Assembly: GCF_054482595.1 (NCBI RefSeq) | Contig: NZ_CM137008.1 | Reading direction: 5' to 3' (one strand) | DNA: 64,000 bases | The notes under the pieces: generated by a model | Seen by the model: only the letters and a program-made list of their open reading frames with translations | Told to the model about the DNA's origin: nothing | Database searches by the model: none | Part shown: piece by piece, positions 34,667 to 45,195 of the stretch | How positions within the stretch are numbered: position 1 is the stretch's first letter | Layout: every line of letters begins with the position of its first letter | Program-made: the position numbers and the translations under genes

Positions 34667-35926
34667 TCAACCAATCCCCATGCTTTCAGCCAGTGCTTCC
34701 AGCGCCTGTTCAAAACACGCCAGCGGTGCCCGCACGGTGCCTGCGCCAATCTGCCCGATCCCCGCCTCTTTATGGGCAATACCGGTATTGATGAGTGGCG
34801 TAATGCCGGTTTCTACCACGCGACGAATGTCCAGCCCCAGGCACGCGCCCTGAAAATCCCAGCTTGGGATCTGCAACTGCATATTGCGTTCAAGGTAAAT
34901 TTCCGCCATCTCTTCAGATACCGCCCTGGCCGCTTCCATGCCACCCGCACCGACAAAGCGCGTTACGCCAGGCGCTGCGATCATTGCCGCACCTCCGATA
35001 CCAAAGGTTTCGGTAATCGCGCTATCGCCCATATCCGGGTTCGCCTGCTCCTGCGAGAAGCCGGTGAAAAACAGACCTTGCGGAGTGTTTACAGGCGCAG
35101 TAAACCAGCGTTCGCCCAGCCCGCTTACCCGAATCCCGAACATATTACCGTTGCGGGTCATTGCCGTGACGATGCTGCCTGCGCGGATCATCGCGCCAGC
35201 ATCCATCGCCGCCTTGCAGTAAGCCATCGCGAGGTTGAGGAAGAACTGATCGGTCACGCTGAGGAAATCCATCACTTCCGCGATGTGCTGTTTATCATGA
35301 TCGAGGCGAGCAATTTGTGGGGCCAGCGCACGCATTAACAGTGCTGAGGAAGCAATATTGCGTTGATGGAACTCATCGCCCATCGTAATGCCCTGCGCCA
35401 TCATCGCGGTAAGATCGATACCGCGCTCCATGCGCCCCAGCGCCGCGCTTAATACTGGCATTAACACATCGCGCATCCAGCGATGGCGAGTCAGGACATC
35501 TTCGCCGTAAGCGCCAAAACGCATCACTTTGCCGATACCTTCGTTGAGGTTGCAGTACGCCCGGTTGCCGTCGGTCACGTTCTCGACCACCAGCATCGGC
35601 ATACTGGCAGAAGTAATACCGCCCATTGGCCCGACGGCATTCACATGGTGACAAGGAATGAAGTTCACTTCCCCCTGCTCCAGTATTGCCAGCGCCTGCG
35701 CTTCATCTTTCGCCCAACCTTCGAACAGACATGCGCCCACGCACGCCCCTTTCATGGGTCCGGTCATCTCCTGCCAGCGCATTGGCGGCCCGGCGTGAAG
35801 CAGTGTTTTGCCCTGGTTTAGTTCGCTGATAAGTGAAGAAGCCGGTTGCACATCCAGCCAGTGTGGACGAGCGCGACGAATTTGTTCGATAACCGCAGCA
35901 TTGGCTTGCGCCACTGATGTAAACAT
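34667..35926 (-). CDS. ylbE: YlbE (DUF1116 family), intact 419-aa reading frame
   Basis: 419-aa uninterrupted ORF between fdrA and ylbF. Confidence 0.75.
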   Translation of the reverse strand: MFTSVAQANAAVIEQIRRARPHWLDVQPASSLISELNQGKTLLHAGPPMRWQEMTGPMKGACVGACLFEGWAKDEAQALAILEQGEVNFIPCHHVNAVGPMGGITSASMPMLVVENVTDGNRAYCNLNEGIGKVMRFGAYGEDVLTRHRWMRDVLMPVLSAALGRMERGIDLTAMMAQGITMGDEFHQRNIASSALLMRALAPQIARLDHDKQHIAEVMDFLSVTDQFFLNLAMAYCKAAMDAGAMIRAGSIVTAMTRNGNMFGIRVSGLGERWFTAPVNTPQGLFFTGFSQEQANPDMGDSAITETFGIGGAAMIAAPGVTRFVGAGGMEAARAVSEEMAEIYLERNMQLQIPSWDFQGACLGLDIRRVVETGITPLINTGIAHKEAGIGQIGAGTVRAPLACFEQALEALAESMGIG

Positions 35927-35935
35927 GGGAACCCC

Positions 35936-37603
35936 TTATTGCAAACGTTCTAATAAACGAGCCAGTTTTTTATTGCCGCCGGCGACTGGCGACCATTGGT
36001 AATGCACAACCGGTTTGCTGGCGCTTTGTAGCTCCAGCGCAAAACTGCGTAATCCGATGTTAATCACGGCGACGTTTTCCAGTAATGACGGTGTGTGTTG
36101 CTGTGCGGCAGGCGAGAGCGGATGAATTAACGCTGCCGCCAGCAAGGTGGCTTCCGGTAGCGAACTCACGACCGCAATCCCCGCATCTTCCAGCGTGGCG
36201 ATTTGCTGCGAGCGGCATTGCGGGTCACGTTCGGTACCTGTCACCGTGGCAATGGCGTACAGCGGTTGGCTGTCTGAACGCGCGGCACAGGCTTTTTGCC
36301 AGGCGCTCACCAGCGAGGCGGCAGGATCGGCGGTCGCGCCGAAGCCAATCACGACATCAAGTAGCAATACGCGCACTGACAGTTTAGCGCCGAGATCGGC
36401 AATTAACTGGTTGCGTAAGGTTGGGTCGATCATCGGATGGGGACGCCCGACGGTGTAGAAATCATCGCCAAGGTCAATAATCTGGTGACCATCGGCGTCG
36501 AGCATCATGCCGTGATGATGGGCATCATCGGCTTCCACGCCAAGGTGTCCGGCAAGTAATCCCGCCGCTTCGGCAGCCAGCGTACCGCCGGTATACAAAC
36601 CGCAAATAAATCCGCTGCTGACAGGTGCTATTGCGTTACGTCGCGCCGTGACGCGTGAAAGCAGGCAAGCCAGGCGTGCGGCCTCATCCAGCGAGGAGGC
36701 AAACCAGACATTCTCGTCGCGGGCCACCGCCGGGGTATAACCTAAAAACAGCGCCACCGTCGGTTTGCCGGTTGCTTTCATGGCATTAACAATTTTCAGA
36801 CGCACCGCTTCGGCAGGTGGTTTTGAAACAAATGCCAGCACTTCGCTTTTCTCGTCTGCACTGAGCATTTCCAGCGCCGTCAGCGCACTGATGCCGCCCA
36901 CTTCACGGCTGAGGTCGCGGCCGCCAAGGCCAATCGCGTGAGTAATTCCCTCCCCTGCCAGCGCAATCTGCGAGCACAGCTCCTGAATCCCGGTACCGGA
37001 AGCGCCAATGACGCCAATATTGCCTTCCGGCATCACGTTAGCAAAAGCCAGCGGCGTGGCGGCAATCATCGACGTACCGCAGTCCGGCCCCATCACCAGC
37101 AAGCCTTTTTCTCGCGCGCGGGTTTTAAGTTGGATTTCATCTTCCAGCGTGACGTTATCGGAGAACATCATCACGTTGAGGTTGCGATCCAGCGCCTGAT
37201 TCGCCAGCTCCGCCGCATACTCGCCAGCCACTGAAATCAGCGCCAGATTGGCATCGGGTAATTTCTGACAGGCACTGTCCCAGCGACGCACCTGCGTCAA
37301 GGACTGGCTGCTGCCTGCCCCCTGCGCCAGTTGTTTTAGCGCCTCTTCAAGCTGCTGCATAATCGCCTGCGCGATCCCCGCATCCGCCGCTTCGCTACGA
37401 ATTGCCACGCAAATATCGTTCGGCGTGGCGTTATTAAAATCGTCATGCCAGAAACCTGTGGTATCTAATAACGCTTTATTGGCGGGCGTACCCATCATTA
37501 CGGAAACATCATCAACATTTTCTGATTCGCTGAGTTTTCGTGAAATAATCATTAAACTGACCGAATCCTGAAAACACCCTTTTTTAATAAAGGCGTGGAT
37601 CAT
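35936..37603 (-). CDS. fdrA: FdrA (acyl-CoA synthetase / succinyl-CoA synthetase alpha-like)
   Basis: 555-aa ORF with a CoA-binding/ligase-like profile; first gene of the fdrA-ylbE-ylbF-ybcF cluster. Confidence 0.8.
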   Translation of the reverse strand: MIHAFIKKGCFQDSVSLMIISRKLSESENVDDVSVMMGTPANKALLDTTGFWHDDFNNATPNDICVAIRSEAADAGIAQAIMQQLEEALKQLAQGAGSSQSLTQVRRWDSACQKLPDANLALISVAGEYAAELANQALDRNLNVMMFSDNVTLEDEIQLKTRAREKGLLVMGPDCGTSMIAATPLAFANVMPEGNIGVIGASGTGIQELCSQIALAGEGITHAIGLGGRDLSREVGGISALTALEMLSADEKSEVLAFVSKPPAEAVRLKIVNAMKATGKPTVALFLGYTPAVARDENVWFASSLDEAARLACLLSRVTARRNAIAPVSSGFICGLYTGGTLAAEAAGLLAGHLGVEADDAHHHGMMLDADGHQIIDLGDDFYTVGRPHPMIDPTLRNQLIADLGAKLSVRVLLLDVVIGFGATADPAASLVSAWQKACAARSDSQPLYAIATVTGTERDPQCRSQQIATLEDAGIAVVSSLPEATLLAAALIHPLSPAAQQHTPSLLENVAVINIGLRSFALELQSASKPVVHYQWSPVAGGNKKLARLLERLQ

Positions 37604-37919
37604 AACAACTCCTTAAAAATTGCACCCATGGCAATTGCACGAGCAGTGTTAATGTGGCGATTACGGTATCGATGACAACGGGTAAATAAGGTGATGAATA
37701 TCACACAGGGATTATTAACAAAAGAATTCAAATAACCGCCATGCTATTACGTGTTATTTTTTAATAAGCGTGGTTGTTTTAAAAACCAGGTTAAAAGCGA
37801 GCGGATTATCAAATAAATTCTAACTATATTTTTTTGCCTGTCTGGATCACATAATCCAGATATTTTCCCTGTATGTTAATTGCAGTCATGCTTCACACCG
37901 TCGTTAAAAAGGAAGACAG

Positions 37920-38969
37920 ATGAAAATCAGTCGGGAAACACTCCACCAGCTAATTGAGAATAAACTCTGCCAGGCTGGGTTAAAACGTGAGCACGCTGCA
38001 ACCGTGGCTGAAGTATTGGTTTACGCCGATGCCAGAGGGATCCACTCTCATGGCGCGGTGCGCGTGGAATACTACGCGGAACGCATTTCAAAAGGCGGCA
38101 CCAACCGCGAACCGGAGTTTCGTCTTGAGGAAACCGGGCCGTGCTCGGCAATTTTACATGCCGACAATGCCGCCGGACAGGTCGCGGCGAAAATGGGTAT
38201 GGAACATGCCATCAAAACCGCCCAGCAAAATGGCGTTGCGGTGGTCGGTATCAGCCGGATGGGTCACAGCGGCGCAATCTCTTATTTTGTGCAGCAGGCA
38301 GCCCGCGCCGGATTAATTGGCATTTCGATGTGTCAGTCCGATCCAATGGTGGTGCCGTTTGGCGGCGCGGAAATTTACTACGGTACTAACCCACTGGCCT
38401 TTGCCGCGCCGGGAGAAGGCGACGAGATCCTTACCTTTGATATGGCGACTACCGTACAGGCATGGGGAAAAGTGCTCGACGCCCGCTCGCGTAATATGTC
38501 TATCCCGGATACCTGGGCGGTCGATAAAAACGGTGCACCAACAACCGATCCGTTCGCGGTACATGCTCTGCTCCCCGCAGCCGGGCCGAAAGGGTATGGC
38601 CTGATGATGATGATTGACGTCCTCTCAGGCGTCTTACTCGGCTTACCGTTCGGGCGACAGGTTAGTTCGATGTATGACGATTTACACGCCGGGCGTAATT
38701 TGGGGCAATTACATGTAGTTATTAACCCGAACTTTTTCTCCTCCAGCGAATTATTCCGTCAACATCTTAGCCAGACCATGCGCGAATTAAATGCCATTAC
38801 CCCCGCGCCCGGTTTTAATCAGGTTTATTATCCCGGACAGGATCAGGATATTAAACAACGCCAAGCCGCCGTCGAAGGCATCGAAATTGTTGATGATATT
38901 TACCAGTATTTAATTTCCGACGCGCTTTATAACACGTCATACGAAACGAAAAATCCCTTTGCGCAATAA
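37920..38969 (+). CDS. allD: Ureidoglycolate dehydrogenase AllD
   Basis: 349-aa ORF of the Ldh_2 family; first gene of allDCE. Confidence 0.88.
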   Translation: MKISRETLHQLIENKLCQAGLKREHAATVAEVLVYADARGIHSHGAVRVEYYAERISKGGTNREPEFRLEETGPCSAILHADNAAGQVAAKMGMEHAIKTAQQNGVAVVGISRMGHSGAISYFVQQAARAGLIGISMCQSDPMVVPFGGAEIYYGTNPLAFAAPGEGDEILTFDMATTVQAWGKVLDARSRNMSIPDTWAVDKNGAPTTDPFAVHALLPAAGPKGYGLMMMIDVLSGVLLGLPFGRQVSSMYDDLHAGRNLGQLHVVINPNFFSSSELFRQHLSQTMRELNAITPAPGFNQVYYPGQDQDIKQRQAAVEGIEIVDDIYQYLISDALYNTSYETKNPFAQ

Positions 38970-38990
38970 TTATTGAGACAGGACTTTCTT

Positions 38991-40226
38991 ATGATTACAC
39001 ATTTTCGTCAAGCCATAGAAGAAGCGCTGCCCTGGCTTTCCTCTTTTGGCGCTGACCCAGCGGGTGGGATGACCCGTTTACTTTATTCGCCGGAATGGCT
39101 GGAAACCCAGCAGCAATTTAAAAAAAGAATGGCCGCAAGTGGGCTGGAAACACGTTTCGATGAAGTGGGGAATTTATACGGTCGCCTGAGTGGCACCGAA
39201 TATCCACAGGAAGTGATTCTGAGCGGTTCGCATATCGATACCGTGGTTAACGGCGGTAACCTCGACGGGCAATTCGGCGCGCTGGCGGCGTGGCTGGCAA
39301 TTGACTGGCTGAAAACTCAATACGGCGCACCGCTGCGTACGGTTGAAGTGGTGGCGATGGCGGAAGAAGAAGGCAGCCGCTTCCCGTATGTTTTCTGGGG
39401 CAGTAAAAATATCTTTGGGCTGGCGAATCCTGACGACGTGCGGAATATCTGTGATGCCAAAGGAAATAGTTTTGTCGATGCGATGAAGGCTTGCGGATTT
39501 ACTCTGCCGGACGCCCCGCTAACTCCGCGTCAGGATATTAAAGCCTTTGTCGAACTGCATATCGAACAGGGCTGTGTGCTGGAAAGTAATGGGCAATCAA
39601 TTGGCGTGGTGAATGCAATTGTCGGGCAACGTCGCTATACGGTGACGCTGAACGGCGAATCAAACCATGCAGGCACCACGCCGATGGGTTATCGTCGTGA
39701 TACGGTTTACGCTTTCAGTCGCATTTGCCATCAGTCGATCGAAAAAGCGAAAAAGATGGGCGACCCGCTGGTGCTGACCTTTGGTAAGGTGGAGCCGCGC
39801 CCGAATACGGTGAATGTGGTGCCGGGTAAAACCACATTCACCATTGATTGTCGTCATACCGACGCCGCCGTGCTGCGCGATTTCACTCAGCAGTTAGAAA
39901 ACGACATGCGGGCGATTTGCGATGAAATGGACATTGGTATTGATATCAATTTATGGATGGACGAAGAACCCGTGCCGATGAATAAGGACCTGGTCGCCAC
40001 CCTGACAGAATTGTGTGAAAGTGAAAAACTGAATTACCGGGTGATGCACAGTGGTGCCGGGCACGACGCGCAGATTTTCGCGCCTCACGTGCCGACCTGC
40101 ATGATTTTCATTCCCAGCATCAACGGGATCAGCCATAACCCGGCGGAACGCACCAATATTACCGACCTTGCCGAAGGGGTCAAAACGTTGGCACTCATGC
40201 TTTATCAACTTGCCTGGCAGAAATAA
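38991..40226 (+). CDS. allC: Allantoate amidohydrolase AllC
   Basis: ORF 38973..40226; start at Met7 (MITHFRQAIEEALPW...) gives 411 aa; M20 peptidase family. Confidence 0.88.
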   Translation: MITHFRQAIEEALPWLSSFGADPAGGMTRLLYSPEWLETQQQFKKRMAASGLETRFDEVGNLYGRLSGTEYPQEVILSGSHIDTVVNGGNLDGQFGALAAWLAIDWLKTQYGAPLRTVEVVAMAEEEGSRFPYVFWGSKNIFGLANPDDVRNICDAKGNSFVDAMKACGFTLPDAPLTPRQDIKAFVELHIEQGCVLESNGQSIGVVNAIVGQRRYTVTLNGESNHAGTTPMGYRRDTVYAFSRICHQSIEKAKKMGDPLVLTFGKVEPRPNTVNVVPGKTTFTIDCRHTDAAVLRDFTQQLENDMRAICDEMDIGIDINLWMDEEPVPMNKDLVATLTELCESEKLNYRVMHSGAGHDAQIFAPHVPTCMIFIPSINGISHNPAERTNITDLAEGVKTLALMLYQLAWQK

Positions 40227-40236
40227 GGAGTCATAA

Positions 40237-41022
40237 ATGGGATATTTAAATAACGTCACCGGTTACCGCGATGATTTACTGGCTAACCGTGCGATTGTGA
40301 AACACGGTAATTTCGCACTGTTAACACCAGACGGTCTGGTAAAAAATATTATTCCGGGCTTTGAAAATTGTGACGCGACAATCCTCTCTACGCCAAAGCT
40401 GGGTGCCTCTTTTGTTGATTATCTGGTCACACTGCATCAAAACGGTGGCAACCAACAGGGCTTCGGTGGCGAAGGCATTGAAACGTTCCTGTATGTGATC
40501 TCTGGAAATATCACTGCCAAAGCCGAAGGCAAAACATTTGCCTTAAGCGAAGGTGGCTATCTTTATTGCCCGCCAGGCTCCTTAATGACGTTTGTTAACG
40601 CCCAGGCCAAAGACAGCCAAATCTTTTTATATAAGCGCCGCTATGTTCCGGTAGAAGGCCATGCACCGTGGCTGGTTTCTGGCAATGCCAGCGAACTGGA
40701 ACGCATTCATTATGAAGGCATGGATGATGTGATCCTGCTGGATTTTCTGCCCAAAGAGTTAGGTTTTGATATGAACATGCATATCCTCTCTTTTGCACCA
40801 GGTGCCAGCCATGGTTATATCGAAACACACGTTCAGGAACACGGTGCCTATATTCTTTCCGGTCAGGGGGTTTATAACCTCGACAATAACTGGATCCCGG
40901 TGAAAAAAGGCGATTACATCTTTATGGGCGCTTATTCTTTACAGGCTGGTTATGGCGTAGGGCGTGGTGAAGCGTTCAGCTATATTTACTCGAAAGATTG
41001 CAACCGCGACGTAGAGATTTAA
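40237..41022 (+). CDS. allE: (S)-ureidoglycine aminohydrolase AllE/YlbA (bicupin)
   Basis: 261-aa ORF with two cupin-like halves; last gene of allDCE. Confidence 0.82.
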   Translation: MGYLNNVTGYRDDLLANRAIVKHGNFALLTPDGLVKNIIPGFENCDATILSTPKLGASFVDYLVTLHQNGGNQQGFGGEGIETFLYVISGNITAKAEGKTFALSEGGYLYCPPGSLMTFVNAQAKDSQIFLYKRRYVPVEGHAPWLVSGNASELERIHYEGMDDVILLDFLPKELGFDMNMHILSFAPGASHGYIETHVQEHGAYILSGQGVYNLDNNWIPVKKGDYIFMGAYSLQAGYGVGRGEAFSYIYSKDCNRDVEI

Positions 41023-41064
41023 GTCATACCACTCGCCTGATTATTTTTAGCTATGTTGGATTTT

Positions 41065-41091
41065 GCCACGGTTTATACCGTGGCTTTTTTT
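41065..41091 (+). terminator. Intrinsic terminator downstream of allE
   Basis: Hairpin gccacggtttataccgtggc followed by a run of 7 T. Confidence 0.75.
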
Positions 41092-41099
41092 GTAACATT

Positions 41100-41128
41100 G
41101 CCTGATGCGCTTCGCTTATCAGGCCTAC
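41100..41128. repeat. REP element
   Basis: gcctgatgcgcttcgcttatcaggcctac, a canonical REP palindrome, between allE and glxK. Confidence 0.7.
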
Positions 41129-41249
41129 ATGATCTCTGCAATATATAGAATTTGCGCGATTTTCAGGAAGGATATAGTGCTCATGCAGCATCCGGCATGA
41201 GCACTGCGCTCTTATACGAAATAAATCGCATCCGCTTTAAAGGTAAGGG

Positions 41250-42395
41250 TCAGTTTTTAATTCCCTGACCTATTTTAATGGCGCAGGCAATATTTCGCGC
41301 GCTGTTGAAGAGATTGGTTTCACCGCTGGCGAGCACTTCGGCTAAAGGTGCCAGACGAGGCAAAATGCTGAATACCGCGTCAATGCCGTACTGGTGCACC
41401 ACTTCCACGCCATCACCCAATACGCCAGCAATCCCAATCACCGGTACATTAAACTGCTTCGCCACCGACGCAACGCCCAGCGGCGCTTTACCGCCTGCCG
41501 TTTGCGAGTCAATGCGCCCTTCCCCGGTGATCACCAGTGCTGCCCCCTGCACCGCCTGCTCCAGGTTGACCGCACGCAGTACAATCTCAATACCCGGTTT
41601 AATATCCGCATTGAGAAATACCGCCGCCGCAATACCCATACCGCCCGCAGCGCCGCCGCCCGCCATCTGACAGACATTAATTTCAGTTTGCTGTTGTAAA
41701 ACACGGGCGTAATTTTGCAGCCCCTGTTCCAGCTCTTCGACCATTTCCGGCGTTGCCCCTTTTTGCGGGCCAAACACCGCCGCCGCGCCGCGTGCCCCTA
41801 CCAGCGGGTTATCAACGTCACATGCTACTTCAATATGGCAATTCGCCAGACGCGGATCGCATTCATCCATCTCAATGCTTGCCACGCGCGCTAAATTACC
41901 ACCGTTTGCCGCCAGCGCCTGACCGTCGGCATCAAGGAAACGCACACCGAGCGCCTGCGCCATGCCCATACCGCCGTCGACCGTCGCACTGCCGCCAATG
42001 CCGAGAATAATATGGCGAATGCCGTTATCCAGCGCATGACGAATTAACTCCCCCGTACCAAAACTGGAGGCCAGCAACGGATTACGCTTTTCAGGCGCGA
42101 CCAGCATCAGGCCACTTGCTGCCGCCATCTCAATCACCGCCGTTTTCCCGTCGCCGGTAAGGCCATAAAAAGCATTCACTTTTTCGCCCATCGGCCCGCA
42201 GACTTCAAGCGTCACGATGTTGCCGCCCGTCGCGGCGACCATCGCATCCACCGTCCCTTCGCCGCCATCCGCTATCGGCAAACAGATATAGTTCACATCG
42301 GGAAAGAGGGTCGAAAACCCGGCTTTAATTGCCTGACAACATTTTTCTGCACTTAAGCTCTCTTTAAAAGAGTCTGGCGCAATGACAATCTTCAT
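41250..42395 (-). CDS. glxK: Glycerate 2-kinase GlxK
   Basis: ORF 41250..42401; start at Met3 ([14 protein letters not shown]...) gives 381 aa; glycerate kinase family. Confidence 0.88.
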   Translation of the reverse strand: MKIVIAPDSFKESLSAEKCCQAIKAGFSTLFPDVNYICLPIADGGEGTVDAMVAATGGNIVTLEVCGPMGEKVNAFYGLTGDGKTAVIEMAAASGLMLVAPEKRNPLLASSFGTGELIRHALDNGIRHIILGIGGSATVDGGMGMAQALGVRFLDADGQALAANGGNLARVASIEMDECDPRLANCHIEVACDVDNPLVGARGAAAVFGPQKGATPEMVEELEQGLQNYARVLQQQTEINVCQMAGGGAAGGMGIAAAVFLNADIKPGIEIVLRAVNLEQAVQGAALVITGEGRIDSQTAGGKAPLGVASVAKQFNVPVIGIAGVLGDGVEVVHQYGIDAVFSILPRLAPLAEVLASGETNLFNSARNIACAIKIGQGIKN

Positions 42396-42416
42396 TATCA
42401 ATCCTTTTTCAACAAA

Positions 42417-43724
42417 TTATTCGATGCGTTCCCACGGAATAAGGTTATCCATAAGAACAGCCAGTAAAATCCCGACCAATAAGCCGTTACTGAGCAGAGG
42501 ACGAAGCGTTAATGGAAGGTCTTGCAGATACACAGGCGGTAATGCCATTAAAAATATGCCGACAAATAACGGCAATGCGAGTCGATAAATGTTGCGAGCG
42601 GTAAACGTTATTTGCTGGCTAAACACCAGCGCGGAAAAGAGTAAAGGCAGATAAGAAACCAGCATGACCGCACTACTCACGGGTAAAGGGATACTGCAAA
42701 ACAGTCGCGTGAGTGCAGGAACCAGCGCCACCAGCAGGCAAATAACGCTGCCATAAATAAACGAACGCCGCGTGTAATCGCCAGTCTGGGTTAATAAACC
42801 AATGGATGAAACAAACGGTGAAAATGGAATTACCGCCAGCGGTACGGTTATCAGCGTCATAAATCCGGTCGCCACAAAGCTACGACGATAACGCGTATTC
42901 CCCGCGCCCTGCTGCGGATAAAAAACATCCGTGCCCCGAATCGCACCGTAGGTATTGCTGATATTCACCAGACCTGTAATCACCGCCGTCAGAATAATCC
43001 CCGGAGACAAAGCACCGCCACTGCCGAGCGGGAACCACTGCCAGTACAACTCACCGGAGAGCGAATGCGAAGAAGGAAAGCAAAAGTACCACAACAACCA
43101 GCCGGTTATCGTACCGACCAGCAGGCCATAACGGGCAAAACGTTGCGGCAGAAAGATAATCATCGCCAGTACCAGGCACATCACCGCCACCGAGAGCGCG
43201 AACGGCGGTAACTGAATTTTAAAATTTGGGTCGGCTATGCCAAACGGCAGCCCGAGCATACCTTTGAAAAAGATAGTGGTCAGCTGCGCGCCCAGCATCA
43301 ACATAAACAAGACCATCACCGACGGCGTAAATAACCGCGCCAGGCGATGACCTAATCCGCTAAAACCAATCAACATCGTCAGCACGCCGGAGAGTGCAAT
43401 CCCCACCGCCAGGCTGGTGGCGATATCGTTGATCGGTGTCCCGCGCGATGCTTCGCCAAGGGTGATAGTTAGGATGGTTCCCCACCACAGGCCCCCCGGC
43501 CCTTCCATAATAGCGCGACGATGGCCACAGAACGCCTGAGCGAAGCAGGCCAGTGCGGTAGCAAGAAAAGCATATTGCGTGAGCGTAAGCAGGCTACTTT
43601 GCGGCAACTGAAAAGCAGAAAGTAGCGTAGGAGGAACCACAACCGTGTTGCAAAAAATAAAGAAAAACCACTGAAATCCTGATAACAGGCTTTCGCGGCT
43701 GACTGCAAAATTGAACATAAACAC
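42417..43724 (-). CDS. ybbY: Putative purine/uracil permease YbbY (NCS2 family)
   Basis: 435-aa polytopic membrane ORF between glxK and allB. Confidence 0.8.
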   Translation of the reverse strand: MFMFNFAVSRESLLSGFQWFFFIFCNTVVVPPTLLSAFQLPQSSLLTLTQYAFLATALACFAQAFCGHRRAIMEGPGGLWWGTILTITLGEASRGTPINDIATSLAVGIALSGVLTMLIGFSGLGHRLARLFTPSVMVLFMLMLGAQLTTIFFKGMLGLPFGIADPNFKIQLPPFALSVAVMCLVLAMIIFLPQRFARYGLLVGTITGWLLWYFCFPSSHSLSGELYWQWFPLGSGGALSPGIILTAVITGLVNISNTYGAIRGTDVFYPQQGAGNTRYRRSFVATGFMTLITVPLAVIPFSPFVSSIGLLTQTGDYTRRSFIYGSVICLLVALVPALTRLFCSIPLPVSSAVMLVSYLPLLFSALVFSQQITFTARNIYRLALPLFVGIFLMALPPVYLQDLPLTLRPLLSNGLLVGILLAVLMDNLIPWERIE

Positions 43725-43774
43725 ACCTTAACCGGAGAATGCCCGCCGCAAGGACGGGCATTGCAGGGGCCAGA

Positions 43775-45136
43775 TTACTGCTGATGTTTAAGGATAAATT
43801 GACCTTTCGGCGCAACAGGGAAGCCCTGTTCAATGTCGTAAATCACATCACCACGTAAGATGGTTTTCGTGATACGCGCGCCAATGGTACGGCCAACATA
43901 CGGGCTGACTTTGTGGCGATATTCCAGATCGTCATTGGTAAGAACATAGCTGCTATTCGGCTGAATGAAGACGAAGTCGGCATCTTTTCCTGGGGCGATA
44001 CGGCCTTTTTGCTGCAGACCGAAAATATCTGCTGCGTTAGTCGCCATTAATTTGCCGAACATTGGCAGAGACATTCCGCGTTTCTGTACCGCTTCATCGA
44101 ACATCACGTCCATACAGTTTTGCAGACCGGCAATACCGCCCCATGCTTCCATGATGTTGCCGGCTTTCATTTCCGGAGGGCATGGTGAGTGGTCGGAAAC
44201 CAGGCAGTCGATTTCACCGTTAAACAGTTTTTCCCACATGCCTTTCTGGTTTTCCAGATCGCGGATCGGCGGTGAACACTTCGCCAGAGTACCGATTTCT
44301 TCGAACTGATCGGTATCCAGTACAAAGTAATGCGGGCAGGATTCACAAGTAACGTCCTGACCTTCCTGACGTGCACGAGTCACTTCTTCAACGCCTTCCG
44401 GGCTGCTGATATGGCAAACGTGCAGACGGCAACCGGCAACTTTCGCCAGATACAGCACGCGGCGAATCGCTTCCACTTCGGTAAATACCGGACGCGAAGC
44501 CACATAGTCATGGGCAGTTACGCGACCTTCACGTTTCGCTTCTTCGCCCAGTGCGTCACAGATCAGCGCGTTTTCGCAGTGCACCAGCACCGGCTGCCCC
44601 AGTTCGCCCAGCTTCTGCGCACCTTTGAAGAACTGCCAGTCGTTTACATCACGGAAGTCGTTGTCGATACCGCGATCGCCACAGGTCGCAACGAAGCATT
44701 TGAAGCCGACAACGCCCACTTCATCCAGCTCATGCAGACGGTCGATGTTGTAAGACACCAGGCCACCGAGTTGTGCCGCATCGATAGTCAGCTTGCCTTT
44801 AGCGGCATCGAACTTCAGTTCAATTGAAGCGCGGTCAACCGTTGCAGGCAGCTGGTTGAGCGGCATTTCGATCATGGTGGTGATACCACCTTTTGCCGCT
44901 GCGCGAGTACCGGTTTCATAACCTTCCCAGTGGCTACGACCCGGTTCAGAAATATGGGTGTGCGCATCAACCATGCCCGGCGAAACCACCAGACCAGACG
45001 CATCCATAACTTCTTTTGCATCGCCCAGATCCTGACCGATAGCAGCAATTTTGCCGCCTTTAACGGCGATATCTACAACGCGAGCTTCGTTTTCTAAAAT
45101 AACGGTGCCGTTTTTAATGATTAAATCAAAAGACAT
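43775..45136 (-). CDS. allB: Allantoinase AllB
   Basis: 453-aa ORF of the cyclic amidohydrolase family (metal-binding ...[13 protein letters not shown]...). Confidence 0.9.
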   Translation of the reverse strand: MSFDLIIKNGTVILENEARVVDIAVKGGKIAAIGQDLGDAKEVMDASGLVVSPGMVDAHTHISEPGRSHWEGYETGTRAAAKGGITTMIEMPLNQLPATVDRASIELKFDAAKGKLTIDAAQLGGLVSYNIDRLHELDEVGVVGFKCFVATCGDRGIDNDFRDVNDWQFFKGAQKLGELGQPVLVHCENALICDALGEEAKREGRVTAHDYVASRPVFTEVEAIRRVLYLAKVAGCRLHVCHISSPEGVEEVTRARQEGQDVTCESCPHYFVLDTDQFEEIGTLAKCSPPIRDLENQKGMWEKLFNGEIDCLVSDHSPCPPEMKAGNIMEAWGGIAGLQNCMDVMFDEAVQKRGMSLPMFGKLMATNAADIFGLQQKGRIAPGKDADFVFIQPNSSYVLTNDDLEYRHKVSPYVGRTIGARITKTILRGDVIYDIEQGFPVAPKGQFILKHQQ

Positions 45137-45195
45137 AACAAACTCCTTGTAAAATACAGATTGGTTTTTAACTCAATGTTCAATATCGGGATTAA

